Of a DNA stretch of 64,000 nucleotides, positions 50,501 to 64,000 are shown piece after piece. A program made the translations under genes and the position numbers. Below the pieces are notes generated by a model that worked only from the letters and a program-made list of their open reading frames with translations, was not told the DNA's origin and made no database searches. This DNA is from Daphnia carinata (taxonomy: Eukaryota), in assembly GCF_022539665.2 (NCBI RefSeq), contig NC_081334.1, positions 1,178,001 to 1,242,000 on the forward strand, read 5' to 3'. Numbering within the stretch: position 1 is the first letter of the stretch; the number at the start of each line of letters is the position of its first letter.

Positions 50501-52511
50501 GTCGGCAAACATTTTGCAATGAAAGCAGTGATAGCCATAAGCATAACGCTTTTGTTTTGCATTCAACTATTCGTTTGATAGAAAACTAGTTTTTGATTTC
50601 TCTTGTTATTTTGTTTGTTTCCTTTTATTACATTAGAATACTTCAGGAAAACAAGAAAATAACAAACGAAATTGGCTTCTCCTGAACTGACAGCTATGCT
50701 ACTATAGAAAAACGTCATGCACAGATAACTAGATGTAGACCAGTATAACATTCTTCATAAGAGATATAAGTAGGCCGAACGGCTAGGGGTCCCCCATTGG
50801 CGCAGAGGCTTTACAAGCCCTAGCAGCACATCCGGTTATTACATACAATGAAGCATAGCGGACATTAAAGAATAAAAAAAAAAAAAAAAAAAAGGGACAG
50901 GATCGTTTGTTAGAAACAGGAGAAATAATAAGCCTTCTTATGATCGCATATACTACTGCCGTGCGCTAACGACATGTGTCACTGTTATTAGGTGCTTCTG
51001 TCTGTGTCACAAAATCTTTATTTTCCTATTCTTGTTTTCGTTTTTTTTTTTTGTTTACTTTAATCAAACAGATCGATCGTCCGGCAGTTGCATCGTAGGA
51101 GGCAAAACGTATTTGTCGGAAACTTCTGTGCCACGTGACCATCCTTGTCATTACTGCATCTGTTACGGCGGCAAGATTGACTGCTTCTGGAAACAGTGCG
51201 CCCACATTCCAGACGGATGTCAAGTGATGGCCTTCCAAGACACCTGCAACCCTTCGCTTTACATATGCGGTACGAACGCCAATTGAAACTTTCACAATTG
51301 ATCAATTTCGTCAATTGAAAACAGACTGCCAAAAAAAAAAACTGGTTACGTGACGCTAACGATGGCCCATTGATTTTCATTCAAATTTCGACCGCGTTTC
51401 TTAAATAGATATTCCCGAGAAGGCTCGTGAAGCCCCGATCTACGCACCGCCTCTAGCCGTTCGCCAACAACCGACGTTGCAATCGTTGCCATCAACGAAA
51501 ATCTACACGACAACGAGCCTGTCCACGACGACATCATCACCGCGGCCACGATTAACTCAGCCATCGACAATTGTGCAAACATACGCAAAGCCGGAGGTGG
51601 TTCCCCCTTCGCGGCATCTCGTCCCGCCGGAACGCCAACCGATTGAACCGCCATCCCGTCATTTAACTCCACCCCTGCCATCGGCTGTTGTCCCGCAAAA
51701 GAAATCCATTTCTATTTCGCCCCAACGACGGCCCGTTGTTGAAGTTACAAACAAACAGCCTGCGCAATTCGGGTTAGGAATGAAGAATAAAATGCGTTTC
51801 AGTCGGTCACTGGCCGATGTTAGCTCCGTCCTCGAAACGATGTTACCGCATAACATCCAAGAAGAATTCCCGTTGAACTTCGACCAAGAATTCGTGATTC
51901 GTTTGGTCGAAAGGCAAATCCGCTCAAAGCGATCGATCAACGACGTGGCAAGTGGCAATCATCACCACCATCACCACGACCACCACGAAGAAGAGGATCG
52001 CGGCTGCACCATTCTTGGCATTCATTATCAACTCGGCGAAGTAATCGGTGAGTTTGCGGTCGGTAAGGCAACTCTCACAAGATAAATAGACGGGTACTTC
52101 CAAAACATTTCGCGTCGCAAAAAAGAAAAGAAAAGAAAAGAAAAGGAAAGTTTTGAACGAAAGTCGTCCTTGTGGTCGTCTTTAAATTATTTATGAGGCC
52201 GTAAACAGATGGTTTCTGATGGAGGTGGTCGATTCTAAAAAGATTTGCAGATGAGGCGTGAAACGGTGAAATGCATTTTAGTTGCGTGCTAACGAAGTTT
52301 GAATTGCCGGTTAACAGGTGTGGCCACCGACGTTTGCCGCGAATGCCGATGCGCAGCACAGTCTCTCTTTTGTTCGCCAAAGTGCTGCTTCAAACCGGCG
52401 CCACTTCAGCAGGTGACGGGAGATTTCGTTCGCGTCTTGGAGCAGAGCTCCGCACCAGCCTCGGGATTAGAAGCTCCGCGGCATCCACTTCATTACATCA
52501 AGAGCGAGTGA
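47586..52511 (+). CDS. Secreted protein (~378 aa) with two VWC-like Cys-rich domains; exons 47586-47640, 50446-50496, 51072-51269, 51409-52047, 52318-52511
   Basis: Signal peptide MVAPMLLLGFVLIACIRA; all introns are GT-AG phase 1 and the frame stays open; C..Y...CxxCxC..G...C motif in exon 3 and GCTILGIHYQLGE..CRECRC..FCSPKCC across exons 4-5. Confidence 0.8.
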
Positions 52512-53404
52512 GTTTCAGAATGCTGACGCAATTATTTCTCCACGCTTATACAGGATAAGGGCAAGCCCCAGGCCGCTTAAAAGAGAGACCATTAATGTGA
52601 TTGAAGCCTTATCCACTTACGTGCTAATCAATAGCAAAAAAAAAAAAAATGTTGCCCTTTCCCCTACCGAGCGCAAAGATGGCTGTTTGGCTAAGACGTT
52701 TCAAGCGGTGAACGCAAGAGAAACTATGAAAAAAACGGATGTATTATAAGATCATTTAGGAATGAGTAAGAATGAATGTAAGATAGTTATCACACAAAAC
52801 TAGTATTTTTGAGGCAAAGATCGGGAAAACAATGTAACCATAATGGTCATCACAAATGGAAAGATCCCGAACAGTCACGTAGTTACGACTCAGATCCTTA
52901 ATGTTAATTTTGAACAGAATTGAAATTGGGCAGACATGGGGGGAAGAAAATTTTTCAGATTTTGGATTGAGTATTGATAAGAAAACGCTTCGCAATCTTA
53001 ATCCTTCCATCGATCTTAAAAACTATAGGTTCGCTTAAATTGCTGCGGTGAAAAAAAAAAAAAAAAAAGTGTCTCAAGAGTCATCTAGTGGCAACAATGC
53101 ACAACGACAACGTGAACGGGAATCTCGGGATTTCGCAGCGACGATGCACAGCGGGAACGCGTTAACGTCCCCAAAATCGTTAGTTTCAATGTACCAATAT
53201 GTTAAACTGTCCTTCTTTCTACTCTATTTTTTTTTCGTTGTGCGAACAACGTTGCTGTCTCGTGCCATTCAATTATTTTGCGAAAAACAAAACGCGACAT
53301 CGGAAAAATCGAATTCATTGGATACGTGTTTGAAAGTTGTAACAATAAACGATTTATAATGAAAAATGGGGTGACTTCTTTGATTGTTTTTTGAGCGCGT
53401 TATT

Positions 53405-56400
53405 TCAATGTTGCGATAGTTGATGGAGAATGTATAGGATACCAGAGTCGGACACGGTGACGAGAGCACGGCCGTCACACGAAACGAAAAGTTTGGAGGC
53501 GTAGCGACCTCTGGTTTGAAATTCCACCGTCTGAACTAAGCCATCGAAGTGCGATGATTGCGTGGTGCCAGTGCTAATGAAACGTGAGGAAGAAAAGGAA
53601 GACGTGGAAGAGAAAGAGGAGCCCGGAGTAATGGGCGTTAAAGGGAAGCCCATACCTCCAGCCAAATGGTTGCTCCTGTTGGAGTGCGTCGGGTTACGTA
53701 CACTAGAGGTAGACGTTCCAAAACGAGACGAACTGAAGTCCCACCACGCGATGCGGTCACCCAAAGACACTAGTTGGAAGAACGGAGAGTTTTGACACCA
53801 TTGCAGATCACGAACCCATGACTGATGCGCTTCCAGCGTAGCTTGTAATGTGTTGCGCAGGTAATCAAAAATCTGTTGCACGAGAAACGTAAGATGTTAG
53901 TCCAACCTGACTGAGGAGATAAAAAGGGAAATGTACATACTTCGATTATTCCGTTGTCGTAGCCAATCGCTATTAATTGAACATGATTGGCGAAGCGACA
54001 TACTCGCACTGGCACAAGCTGATGTCCAAGCCGATTTGGATGCCGAAAACCTTTGTTATTTTTTACAGGTTTACTGGAGCGCTATAAAATCATGCAAAAA
54101 TACAAGAAATTAAGCCTCATTCTGGATGGAATAATTCGTTTTAGAATAATAGAAAATTACCGGCTCTGCATCCAAAGGAATGTGTACGATGCGAACTCCT
54201 TCAGTGATGGTTCCCTGGGCCAACCACTGTCGATTGTAGGCACGGTCGACGCAGGTCAAGTTCAAACCAGCATTGTCCAAGATTAGGCTGATTGGATGGC
54301 CATTGTCGATGCTCCACAGTCTTATGCTTCCATCAGCTCCACACACCATAAGTGTTTTTTCGTCAGACTCGATAAAAAAACAATCAGTGACGCCTTTTCG
54401 AGGACCCGTAATAGTAAAAGTCTCATTCTTCGGTTTCCAGATCTAAATAATCAATCGTCAGGAAAAAATACAAACAAGTTTTTACACGGAAATATATAAG
54501 AGATATTTTCAATCCATACCTTAATACAGCCCTCAGAACTGACCGTCAAAAGCAGAATATCAGACGGACTGAATTTCAGCAACGTCACTCTGGCGTCGGA
54601 GTGATGCCCGAGTGTTTTAACTTCTTTCTTGTCAAGCGACATCAGCTTCACTAAACCACTTAAAGTGGACCAGGCCATCATGGAAGCTCTGTGTGATAAC
54701 ACGCACATTTCTACTTGATCCTTACTCGACTCTACATCATTCGTAGTGAGCAATGTTTCACAACTCGATCCACTCACAACCTAAGATACAAGAATTGAAA
54801 TTACTCTGAAGAAAGTAGTAGAGCATGTTGTATTTTTAAAGACATACCTGAATGTGGTTATCCGATCCAACAGTGGCAATCAGAAAGTCACTTGATTGAT
54901 CTGGAGGACACACTGCATGGAAGGCAGTGCACGATAAAGAGCATTCAACTCTTTCAACGTCTGCGACATTCCACACTTTCAGAGTTTTGTCAGCAGAGCC
55001 AGAGAGCAACCATTTCGGTGGCTCATCATTGTTTGTGCTGGGAGAGAAATGTAGAGTATTGACAGTTCTACAAAGCAGAAAGAATAATATTCATTAAAAC
55101 TGCATGAAGTTTCGCTAACGAGATCAAATATTTACCCAGTATGTCCAACATATTCGAAGATCTGTTCAGTTGAATCGATGTTGTAAAGAAGTATGTTATC
55201 TTTGGACGTTGACACAGCTAAGAGCTGTCTGTCATCACTTACGGTGGCGCAGTTATAACAGCAATTGCTATTGGCATTGGCAAGAGAGTTGGTGACGTAG
55301 CCAAAGGAATCAGACTCTCCCTCTTCGTCTGAGGATAATGTCCAGTCAAACCGTAGAATTTCCGTATCCGAAACAGAGAGCAATGATGTATCTGCAATCA
55401 CATAAGTTGAACGATGATATATGACCATAGATATTAAAAGCCTATGGGGATATTTACCTGACAAGAAAGAAATAAACAGAATTCTGGAGCTGGAATTTTG
55501 TGTGTGGAAGGACGCCACGCACGTATACAAAGACACATTTCCGTTCCACAGACGAATGGTTGAATCAGTGCATCCTGTGGCAACAAAAAACCCACAGTCT
55601 GAAAAGCAACACGTGGTGACCGGTTCGGGATGATCCAATACGCCGAGCTCCATACACGCGGTACTGAGCCATATCTACATAATGATGGAAAACAAACAAT
55701 TATTACTTGATGTACAAAAAAATGGAGAAATAGCGAAGCGAATGCTTACGCGCGCTGTGTTATCTAGACCGCAAGAAACTACTAGTGCACCATTTTCAGA
55801 AAATCTCGCTCCCAAAACCTCGTTTGTATGTCCTGTATAGGTCTTCAAACTGTTATCATTCACGAGGCGATCACCGACATCGAACATGTTGTGCCAACTG
55901 TAGAAAATAAAACGATATTAGGAAACGAATACGTGAAATGAAACCAAAAGTTAAAAAATATCAATTGCGTACCTATCCTGTCGCATCCGTGGCGACGGTG
56001 TTTTGTTGGGACGATGCTCAATTTCTGTAAGAAAAATCAAAAGTGCATTCAGGTTTTCATTGAAATCAATTACGATTCCCAACAGCCACCACTAGGAGTT
56101 ATCTAGAGCTCATCACAGTTTTTTACGGTGAAGATTGAATTAGCCAAGCATATTAATGTTTCCGCAGAATGGCAAAAGCAAATATTAGCTATGTTATAGA
56201 ACTTACGCACAATGGCATAAAGAGTTAAGCTAGCGTGCGAAAACGTAAGACTATGGGGGTAAAACAAAGACATTTGAAGTGGGACGGGCTACAACTTAGC
56301 ATTCTCATTCGGGGATCCATTGTGTTTGAAACCCAGAAAAGATCGGCGGAGGGGCAGATCAGAAGCAGCTCTTACCACCGGCAACCAATGTATGAGAACC

Positions 56401-59227
56401 CATGACTATTGTGCATGGAGGGTGAAAGGGTGGTGAAGATGGATGGTCAAGTGGGGTACCGTCCAGTTTGCTGATGACAGCCGAGAGATCCCAGACCTTC
56501 ACCGATCCGTCAGCCGACGACGAGACGAAACGTTTGGCATCCCTGCTCAGTGACAGCTGGTGAATGCTGCCGTTATGTCCCACGAAACGGTGGAGTTCCT
56601 TTCCTGAATCAACGTCCCACATCTAGAAAAGGAAACAAAATATATATTTATATAACACAAATTGTGATATGTGTAACACGAGCAGTCTGCAAAATAAATA
56701 GAAGCTTACGCGAATTTGTCCATCGTCGACTGCGCTGAGCAAACGTTGCCCATCCTGCGTAAAGCAAGCTGCGGTGACGTGACCATAATTTAGTATGGTA
56801 CTACGGAGAACTTGATCCATGCTTTCTTTTGTTTGGCTGCCGACTGAGCGGCTAAATCGGTAAGAACAAAAAATATACAAGAATGATTGAGAGCCAGTAC
56901 AAAATAAAGATTATGAATTACCATTCCAAATAGAATCTGTCCTTGGACAATTTTGCTATTTCTAGGGCATCGTTGTATACGCAGCTGTTCTTCGGCTGCT
57001 GAAGAGCAAGTTGAATGATATCTAAATGACGGCATTGAACCACAATGTGTCCACAGGTTCGAATAAAATGCGTATAGTCTTCGACTCGTTGACTGTTTCT
57101 TCCACTCTGTTTAAAGCAAAGAAGGTTAAGTAAATTCAAACGTAGCATAAAGGGCAATCTCACTTACAGTTTCAGATATGTAATCCTTGTACTTGCGGAA
57201 GTCGTTAAGCAGATCACTGGGTCCAGTAGCACGCAATTTGGCAGATATAAAAGAGAGGTTGAGGTAGACGTGTGGAAAAAGCTCAGTATACTCGGCTTTA
57301 TACAAGTGGTAACCCAAAAACCAAAAAAAATAATTATCATCTGGTAGGGCACCGAAATAATGGTTGCACTCGGCGAAATATGAATCAATAAGCTTGCGAT
57401 GGGCGTCACGCTGTTCTTCAGCGGTCAGATGTGATTTGAGGTAGTCCAACAGAAGATCGTGAATGCCGTACAAAACAACACAATTTGATGACTGTTCCTG
57501 GAAGTGTTGGGCTATCAGCGAATTTGCCACTAAAAGACTAATTCGTTCTTCCATCTCATAGCGGCTACAATTCCATAGAACTTGCAGCACCTGTCAAGAA
57601 ATTTTTTTTTATAATATCTTGGACGTTTTGCAAGATTTAATAATTTACCGGAGCTGGAATGTTGACATCGTCTAAGAAAATAACAAAATCATTCAACGAA
57701 CGCCTGGTCTCCTGATCAAGGTGATCAAAACTTATGGCAATGGCTTCATTAATGGTTTCGTAGTTGTAGGAACCATGCCGCTTCAATTGAGTATATCTCC
57801 TGTCGCGTAATTTTCCCAAGTAGTGATCCCATCTGTGGGCATCGATACGCTGATATTCTCCGCGATCGGCTAAAAGCGGAGCTAGGAGCGAAAGCACCAT
57901 TGGAGAACCTGTTGTAACCAAGCCAACACGTGACGAAGAAGTCTTGACAACATGGTTTTAAATTTATGCTATTTAATACCTTTGCTTTCCAAATAAATAT
58001 CATTTGCCTGTTCTGGCAATTCCTGTGCCGAGATATTAAAGCAATTCGCCAAATAAGACATGGACTCCTCCTGAGTGAAGCCGTCTTGAACTTTCACCAG
58101 CAATACACGTCCGTGAACAACGTCTGTCACGGAAGCATCTCGGGTGGTCATCACTTCACAAAAGCAAATAATTGATTTCATGCTTAGCAAGTTGATAGAT
58201 GTACTTTTCTTACATATCCGGCATCCGAAATCAAAGGCACGGACCACTTCACCTCTCCAAACATCGTCCAGTATTATCAAACTGTTTTTCCGACTAGGAT
58301 CAGTCATAAGGCGGCGAAGACGTTCCGTGGCTTGGTCAACGCTCAGTGGAGGTAGAACGGTGTGGTCAAGTCTCTCGCACAATGCCTACACTCGATATTA
58401 TACAAAACCAATGAACGTAAGACTTTCCAAACGAATCTGCCACGTAGTTTCAATAAACATAAAATATTATTAATTTGTACCTGCATTTTGGTAAGTAAAG
58501 TATCTGTGCCTGTTTGGCCAACTGTCAACCAGTAGACATTATTCCCAAAGGTATTAATCATTAGGTCCATATCTCTCATGGATTCCGCAGCCAAAACTGA
58601 TTTTCCAGCTCCTGCCATACCATGAATGACCACAAATTGACCTTGCGTCATTGCTTTAAGACATTCTCTGATCTGTGCAACCTATCGTCAATTAAAACAT
58701 CTATCAACTGTTGAACACATGATTTAAAGAAAGCTAAACACACTTTTGTGTGACGAGGTATGAGATGTGGTGGCGGGAATGGGATCCCACATTGAATTAG
58801 TGAGTGCTGCAAGCTGTCCGGAGCAGCAAATGGATCACTGTTCAAGTGACTTGCCGCATCTGGACTGTCCCGGTTGTTACACTCACTTAATCTTTCAGCT
58901 ATCCAATCATAGTCTTCTTCCAAAATTTTAACAAAAGTTATAAAGGTCTCTTTCACCCCTATTTCAGGTAGAATATCCAACAATCTACGCACTTTGGCTG
59001 ATTTAGTTTTCTATATGACATGATTGCAAAGTTAGGAATGCTTCAATATTACAGTTAACAAAATGAATTAAAATTGAAATAGTCCATACCTCACAATCTA
59101 CATCTTGCACCTCTTGGACACTTAGTACTCCATAAGCCAAAAGTTTATCTTTTATATAAGTGAAGTCAACATTTTGAACAATGGCATCCCGATTTCTAAG
59201 TAAAGCAGCCTTTTCAACAGTATTCAT
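53405..59227 (-). CDS. APAF1: Apoptotic protease-activating factor 1 (CARD, NB-ARC, helical domain, WD40 repeats)
   Basis: CARD-like N-terminus (LLRNRDAIV..); Walker A HGMAGAGKSVLA; Walker B LIILDDVW; TTRD; GIHDL; multiple WD40 repeats; C-terminal VTVSDSGILYIL resembles vertebrate Apaf-1. Confidence 0.95.
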
Positions 59228-61415
59228 CGTCGGTGTTAACGTATTAGACTAAATTCAAATGTGCCCAGCTTCAAAGGATAAAGAGCATGTTTAGCTATTT
59301 CTCCTAAAATACGGCAAATAGGCTGCGCAATCCTACAGTTCCTCAAAGTTGTTTCAACTGTCAGGGATAACAAAATCTGAAATCATAGTAATAAGCTTAC
59401 TGTAGTTGAGCTACTACAAGAGAATTATGCATCTAAACAAATGAAAAACGGGAACTGGCAAAACTTTCCTATGTTTCCCTATGGCCTAGCCTCCCACCAC
59501 CCTTTAACTACCGATCGATTGATCTATATCTTTTGTACAAACAAACTTAAGAAATACAGAAGCTACACAAATAAAACGGGTTCAAAGCAATCTACGTTGA
59601 TCAGATTCTGCTGGTTCGAGAGAGTGTTCAGTTAAAGGGATGTTTTACGACATAATCTTCGTTATAAGCCATCGCGGTGGTTTCACTTTAGCCTTTTCTT
59701 TATTAAAACGCAAAAAAAAAAATGTAAATGCTCTTTCGCGGATAAGTGTTTACTGTCAATATTACTGGCATTATCTTCGCGTCATCTGGTTTTGGTCAGT
59801 GTTTTTCAGCCAAAACTTACAAGCACAAATACTTTCGTAAGCAAGTACCAGTTAATAAAGTGTGTGACGTAAATGTTGCCAACTATGATTCGCGAGTCTT
59901 TTATTGCGAGTGCTCGCAATACGTTCGCGTTAGTTTTTGCACGAACTACATAAAGAAATAAAACACGACTTGTTAGGAACACGCCTCATAATTAATATAA
60001 GTATTTTTGTTTGATAGGCGTTTTCGTGTACAACGACCTTTTTCGTCACTGCCAATTCTGCTTACAATAGTTGATGGTTGTCGACGCTGTGATCATACAT
60101 CAAAGAGGTAATTTTATTTATGTTGTTTATTCATCGAAGAACAAATGGGTATATAACTTATGTCCCCACAAAATGTCATGTGGCAGTCTGATCCATCTTC
60201 ATCCAGCATAGGTCTTATTGTAGGAGATACAGCAAAAAAAAAATGTTACTACAGAATAAACTCTCATAGTCTCACCCCTTTCAGTTATAGAGCAGGGTAC
60301 TTGAAGCATAATTAAATATGGTTATGATTATTTTTTTTACTATAATGGAATGCTCGGGAAAAATAAACGATAGTTTGATGTGCAACGTTGCTTTTCAACC
60401 GTATTACGCGCTTTCGGAGCTCACCCTAGTACAAACGTAATCTTCCTAGCCCACACTGTCATATTCAATCGATCGAAAAGTCGATGCAGGCTTATTTATC
60501 TCAGCATTGTGCATTTTTATATGTTTGCCAAAGCTTATATAACCGAGCTATCCCAGCAGACATCTCTCGTGTTCGGACACGTATCAGTCATATATTCCTA
60601 AAAGATTTTTTATAGCTACACATAAAATACAGTACATATACTGAACGATATCTAGAATTTTTTTTGTTTCCCAATAACCCCGTGAACTTTACCATCTGGA
60701 GTACTGTGTTTAAGTTTTTATTTTACTTCCTGATGTTTGTTCATGTACTATAGCACCGATGAGACCCACAGGTATATCAGGTCAATCGCCTTTGTTGTTG
60801 TTTTTTTTCTGAGGACAGCTTTTTATTTTCATTCACGAGTACAGTAAAAAAAAATGTTCATACTCATTTTTAAAAAACGGCACAGGATTAGGTTAAAAAG
60901 AAGGCTTCTTGTGCTCGTGATGGAACAATTTGTTGTCCTGCTGGTCGTTTTCGACAGACGAGAGCCTATGGGGGCAAATTGGACATGGTGTATGAACATC
61001 ACGATGAACAGGTAAATATAGTGAACTGCCATTGCGATTCAAACAGGCATAATGGAGCAATATACGTCAAAAAATCCAAATATAAAATTTTCTTGGCAAA
61101 AATGATCCAATCCATATTCACATGACTATATGAATGGCAACCAAAAAAACGACATTAGCATGTGGTGCAATTTCATAAGAATCAGAAAATAATCCGAAAT
61201 GGACGTCGGTGGGTAGACGAGAAAACACATTTTTCATGGTATGTACAATGATGGGTCTTCGAACAAAGAATTGTATAACCCACTCTTTGGAGGATAGAGT
61301 GGGAACGAAGAGACAGTCCATTCCAATTGGCTACAAGCGATTTGGAACTCCATCAATCAAAATTGAAAATCGATTTAGATTAAATGTGCATTATCACGAA
61401 CAAGCTAATCTTAAA

Positions 61416-64000
61416 TTAAGACAGCCTCCTTGTGTTTTGAACGAACGTATCACGGACTGCGGCGGAGATGGGATCGTCTTCGTGAGCGATGTTAGTTGTG
61501 GGCTCGATTAACGAGCTCATTTTGAAATCGGTGAGAAGCGGATGGCCTTCGGTAGGGGCGTCGCTAGGCATAGTGGCTACAGGTGGCTGATGCTGTTCAT
61601 TGGCGACCCCAGGTGTCGGTTGCATTCGGCTGGTCTCGCTGGCTCTGCGCACTAGCTGACTCGATTTTAGACACAAGGGCGTACATCCGGCTGGCAAGTT
61701 AGCAACTCCGCCATTAGTGGCTTTCGGCTAAACGGAAAATATATACGAATAAGGTCAAACAGTTAATGGGCTTCGAAATCGATGGAGAAATCAATTCACA
61801 ATAAGGATGTAACATCAATTAGAATAAGCTAAATCATCCCAACCCGCGATTCACGAAACTCAAATTCAATTAGTCCACGCTGTGTTCAGTGAGTTAACGA
61901 TGTCATTTACTAACTGGTTAACACAAGCCAGCAGGAATAATTAAACCAATTTTTTCAATGAGATGGAAATCGATAAAATTAGGATGGAATCATTTGAAGG
62001 ACGTTACTTTATTGAACGTCAGCAGGACATTCCTCCTGTCACCAATTTTGTTGATTTATTTATATTTTTCAATTCGATCGTAGTGGTGCAAATCGTTTGA
62101 TGTTCAACCGTATCTAGCAAACAACAAAACGCACAAACGAACGGTACGATCGTTTATCGTTCGCCGCGTTCGGTGCAAATTGGAGTTGGCGTTTAAAGTC
62201 ATGCAACTTCAAACCTTCGTACGCTGCATCGATCATCGGATGATTCACGCGTGACCGTGTAACGTTCGTGATGTGACATTTTCGTAATGGGCGTTCACGG
62301 TTTGGCGTGGTGATTGAACGCGTAATGTACAATACTGCGATTCGAGCTGTAACGAGTTACCTATTTGCGATTGCGTTCTAAGCAAATCTACCTAGAATAA
62401 AAAAAAAAAATCCTTTTGTTTTTCGAATCATCTCAAAAGTTACTTCGTATCGCCCCTTTAACAATCTTTTATTCAGAGTAGCACGAAGGCGTTTGATGGC
62501 ACCGTCTACGTGACTCCTGAGGCTCATCAAGGCTTCAGCGAAGGCAAAAACGAATAGGAAACAAAGAAAGGGAAGTAACGCAACTATAGAATAGCCGAGC
62601 ACAGAAGAAATCAAAGAAAATTTCGTCTCCTATTTATGTTTTGCATAGAATGGGGCCCATAGAACTGCATAGGTTTTGATGTGGTGTATGGACGCAAAGG
62701 TCAATTTAAAGATCTAATTGAAAGCGGATTGTAAAGAGAACAAACAGACAATGAAACAAACGTTTAATGGAAGCATCCCTCGTGAAGTTGACCAATCCCG
62801 ATTGAGGTAATAGAAAATCCCAACCGCAAATGAGACTAATTTTCTAGACGGGTCTATACTAACATTTATGGCTGCCTGCTTAAACCAAGGGCACAAGTTA
62901 TCTGACCGTCTCCTTTTCATCTATAACATTTCTTATTGTGCGTCGTAGGGACATACATAGCTACACATAATTCGTATATAGAAGAGAGAGTCAGCCATTA
63001 AAAAAAAAACGTAGTAGGCCCTACGCATTTGCTGGGTTCGGATCAAGCCACGAATCATTAGGATACGGCTATCTCACTTTAACCGTCACGTTGATATTCT
63101 TCGTGCGTCCTGGACATGCGTCATGAATAACTTACAAGTCAAACGAAGAATACGGCAAGCAACTAGCATGATTGCCATCTGATACCAACATTTCGATATC
63201 ATTTCTTTAACAAGAAAAGGCGGAGTGCGTAACTATGCCAATGAATTACTGCACTATTACATAGGGTGGTTATGCCATTGCAATAGCCTGTTATGTTTTA
63301 TCTTATTTTTTTAAATAGAAAATTTAATCTAATCATTAAATTAACGACGTGTGTGGACAACAGTTAGTTAGCCTTACATTTTGGAAGTTATCCAGCAAGC
63401 TAACGGACGAAGCGCTAAGACACCACGTCCGCTTCTTACAACATCATTTTACTTTCATACAATTAAATCTAAAATATAAAGAAATATCTATTGGATATTG
63501 CAGCTGTACTGCAGTTCGAAGAAATATTCAAATTTAGGCATGTCTGAGTGATCATTACGTTTAATCAGTTCCTTCCTTGCGGCACAACTCTGCCTGCACC
63601 GCTTGGATTATTATGAGCTCTGTAAATTGCCTGCCACTGATAACGTCTACATTGTCTAAAGTTTGCCCGGGTTGTACACTCATTACATGTAATTAGTAAC
63701 CGTACCTTGACGTGGGCCAAACGAACTCGCCACTCAGCCGGTTTGGTAGTGCGATGATGTAATCCGACATCGGACGAACACGGTGGATGTTGCTTGCCGA
63801 TCGCAACGGCTGTATTAGATGGCGTAGTAGCAGGAATGCTATTGACAACAGCATCGTCCTGCATCACGAACCCGATGCGGAGAGGGGCATTTGCCAGTGA
63901 GGGCACCATTTTCATGCTGTCGTCCAGCTCAATATCAACATTGGTGGTCTTCTCTTCAGCGATAAGTGTCTCTTTGACAGCCCCATTTTGCGGTGCTGGG
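61416..64000 (-). CDS. 3' end of an unidentified gene; exons >64000-63706 and 61727-61416
   Basis: Open frame from the window edge to AAG|gtacgg at 63706, phase-0 joined to tttag|CCG at 61727, and open to a stop at 61416. Low-complexity peptide with no recognisable domain. Confidence 0.6.

Overview
Eukaryotic, intron-rich genomic DNA with mostly 60-80 nt introns; the compact architecture suggests a branchiopod crustacean such as Daphnia (inference only). Genes: the 3' part of ubinuclein/yemanuclein (+), UHRF1 (-), an SLC5A/SGLT-type sodium-sugar cotransporter (-), a FASTKD1-like gene (-), a secreted protein with two VWC-like domains (+), Apaf-1 (-), and the 3' end of an unidentified gene (-). 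Main finding: the SLC5A gene has two tandem, homologous 169-nt exons (21884-22052 and 21250-21418) that are mutually exclusive by reading frame and encode the helix carrying the sugar-binding Gln457 equivalent. The three flanking introns contain crossing long-range complementary elements that would loop out one exon or the other. The second exon is missed by the ORF track, which shows it in the wrong frame. Second finding: about 7.4-18.7 kb is an accessory block of intron-containing, decayed gene fragments (vasa fused by microhomology to POLD1; USP4/15). It is bracketed by inverted homologous blocks and contains a piggyBac-type MITE, a GC-rich minisatellite and a head-to-head pair of tRNA-like modules; a hAT-type MITE lies just outside it, upstream of UHRF1. 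All homology calls are from recognised motifs; no database searches were run.
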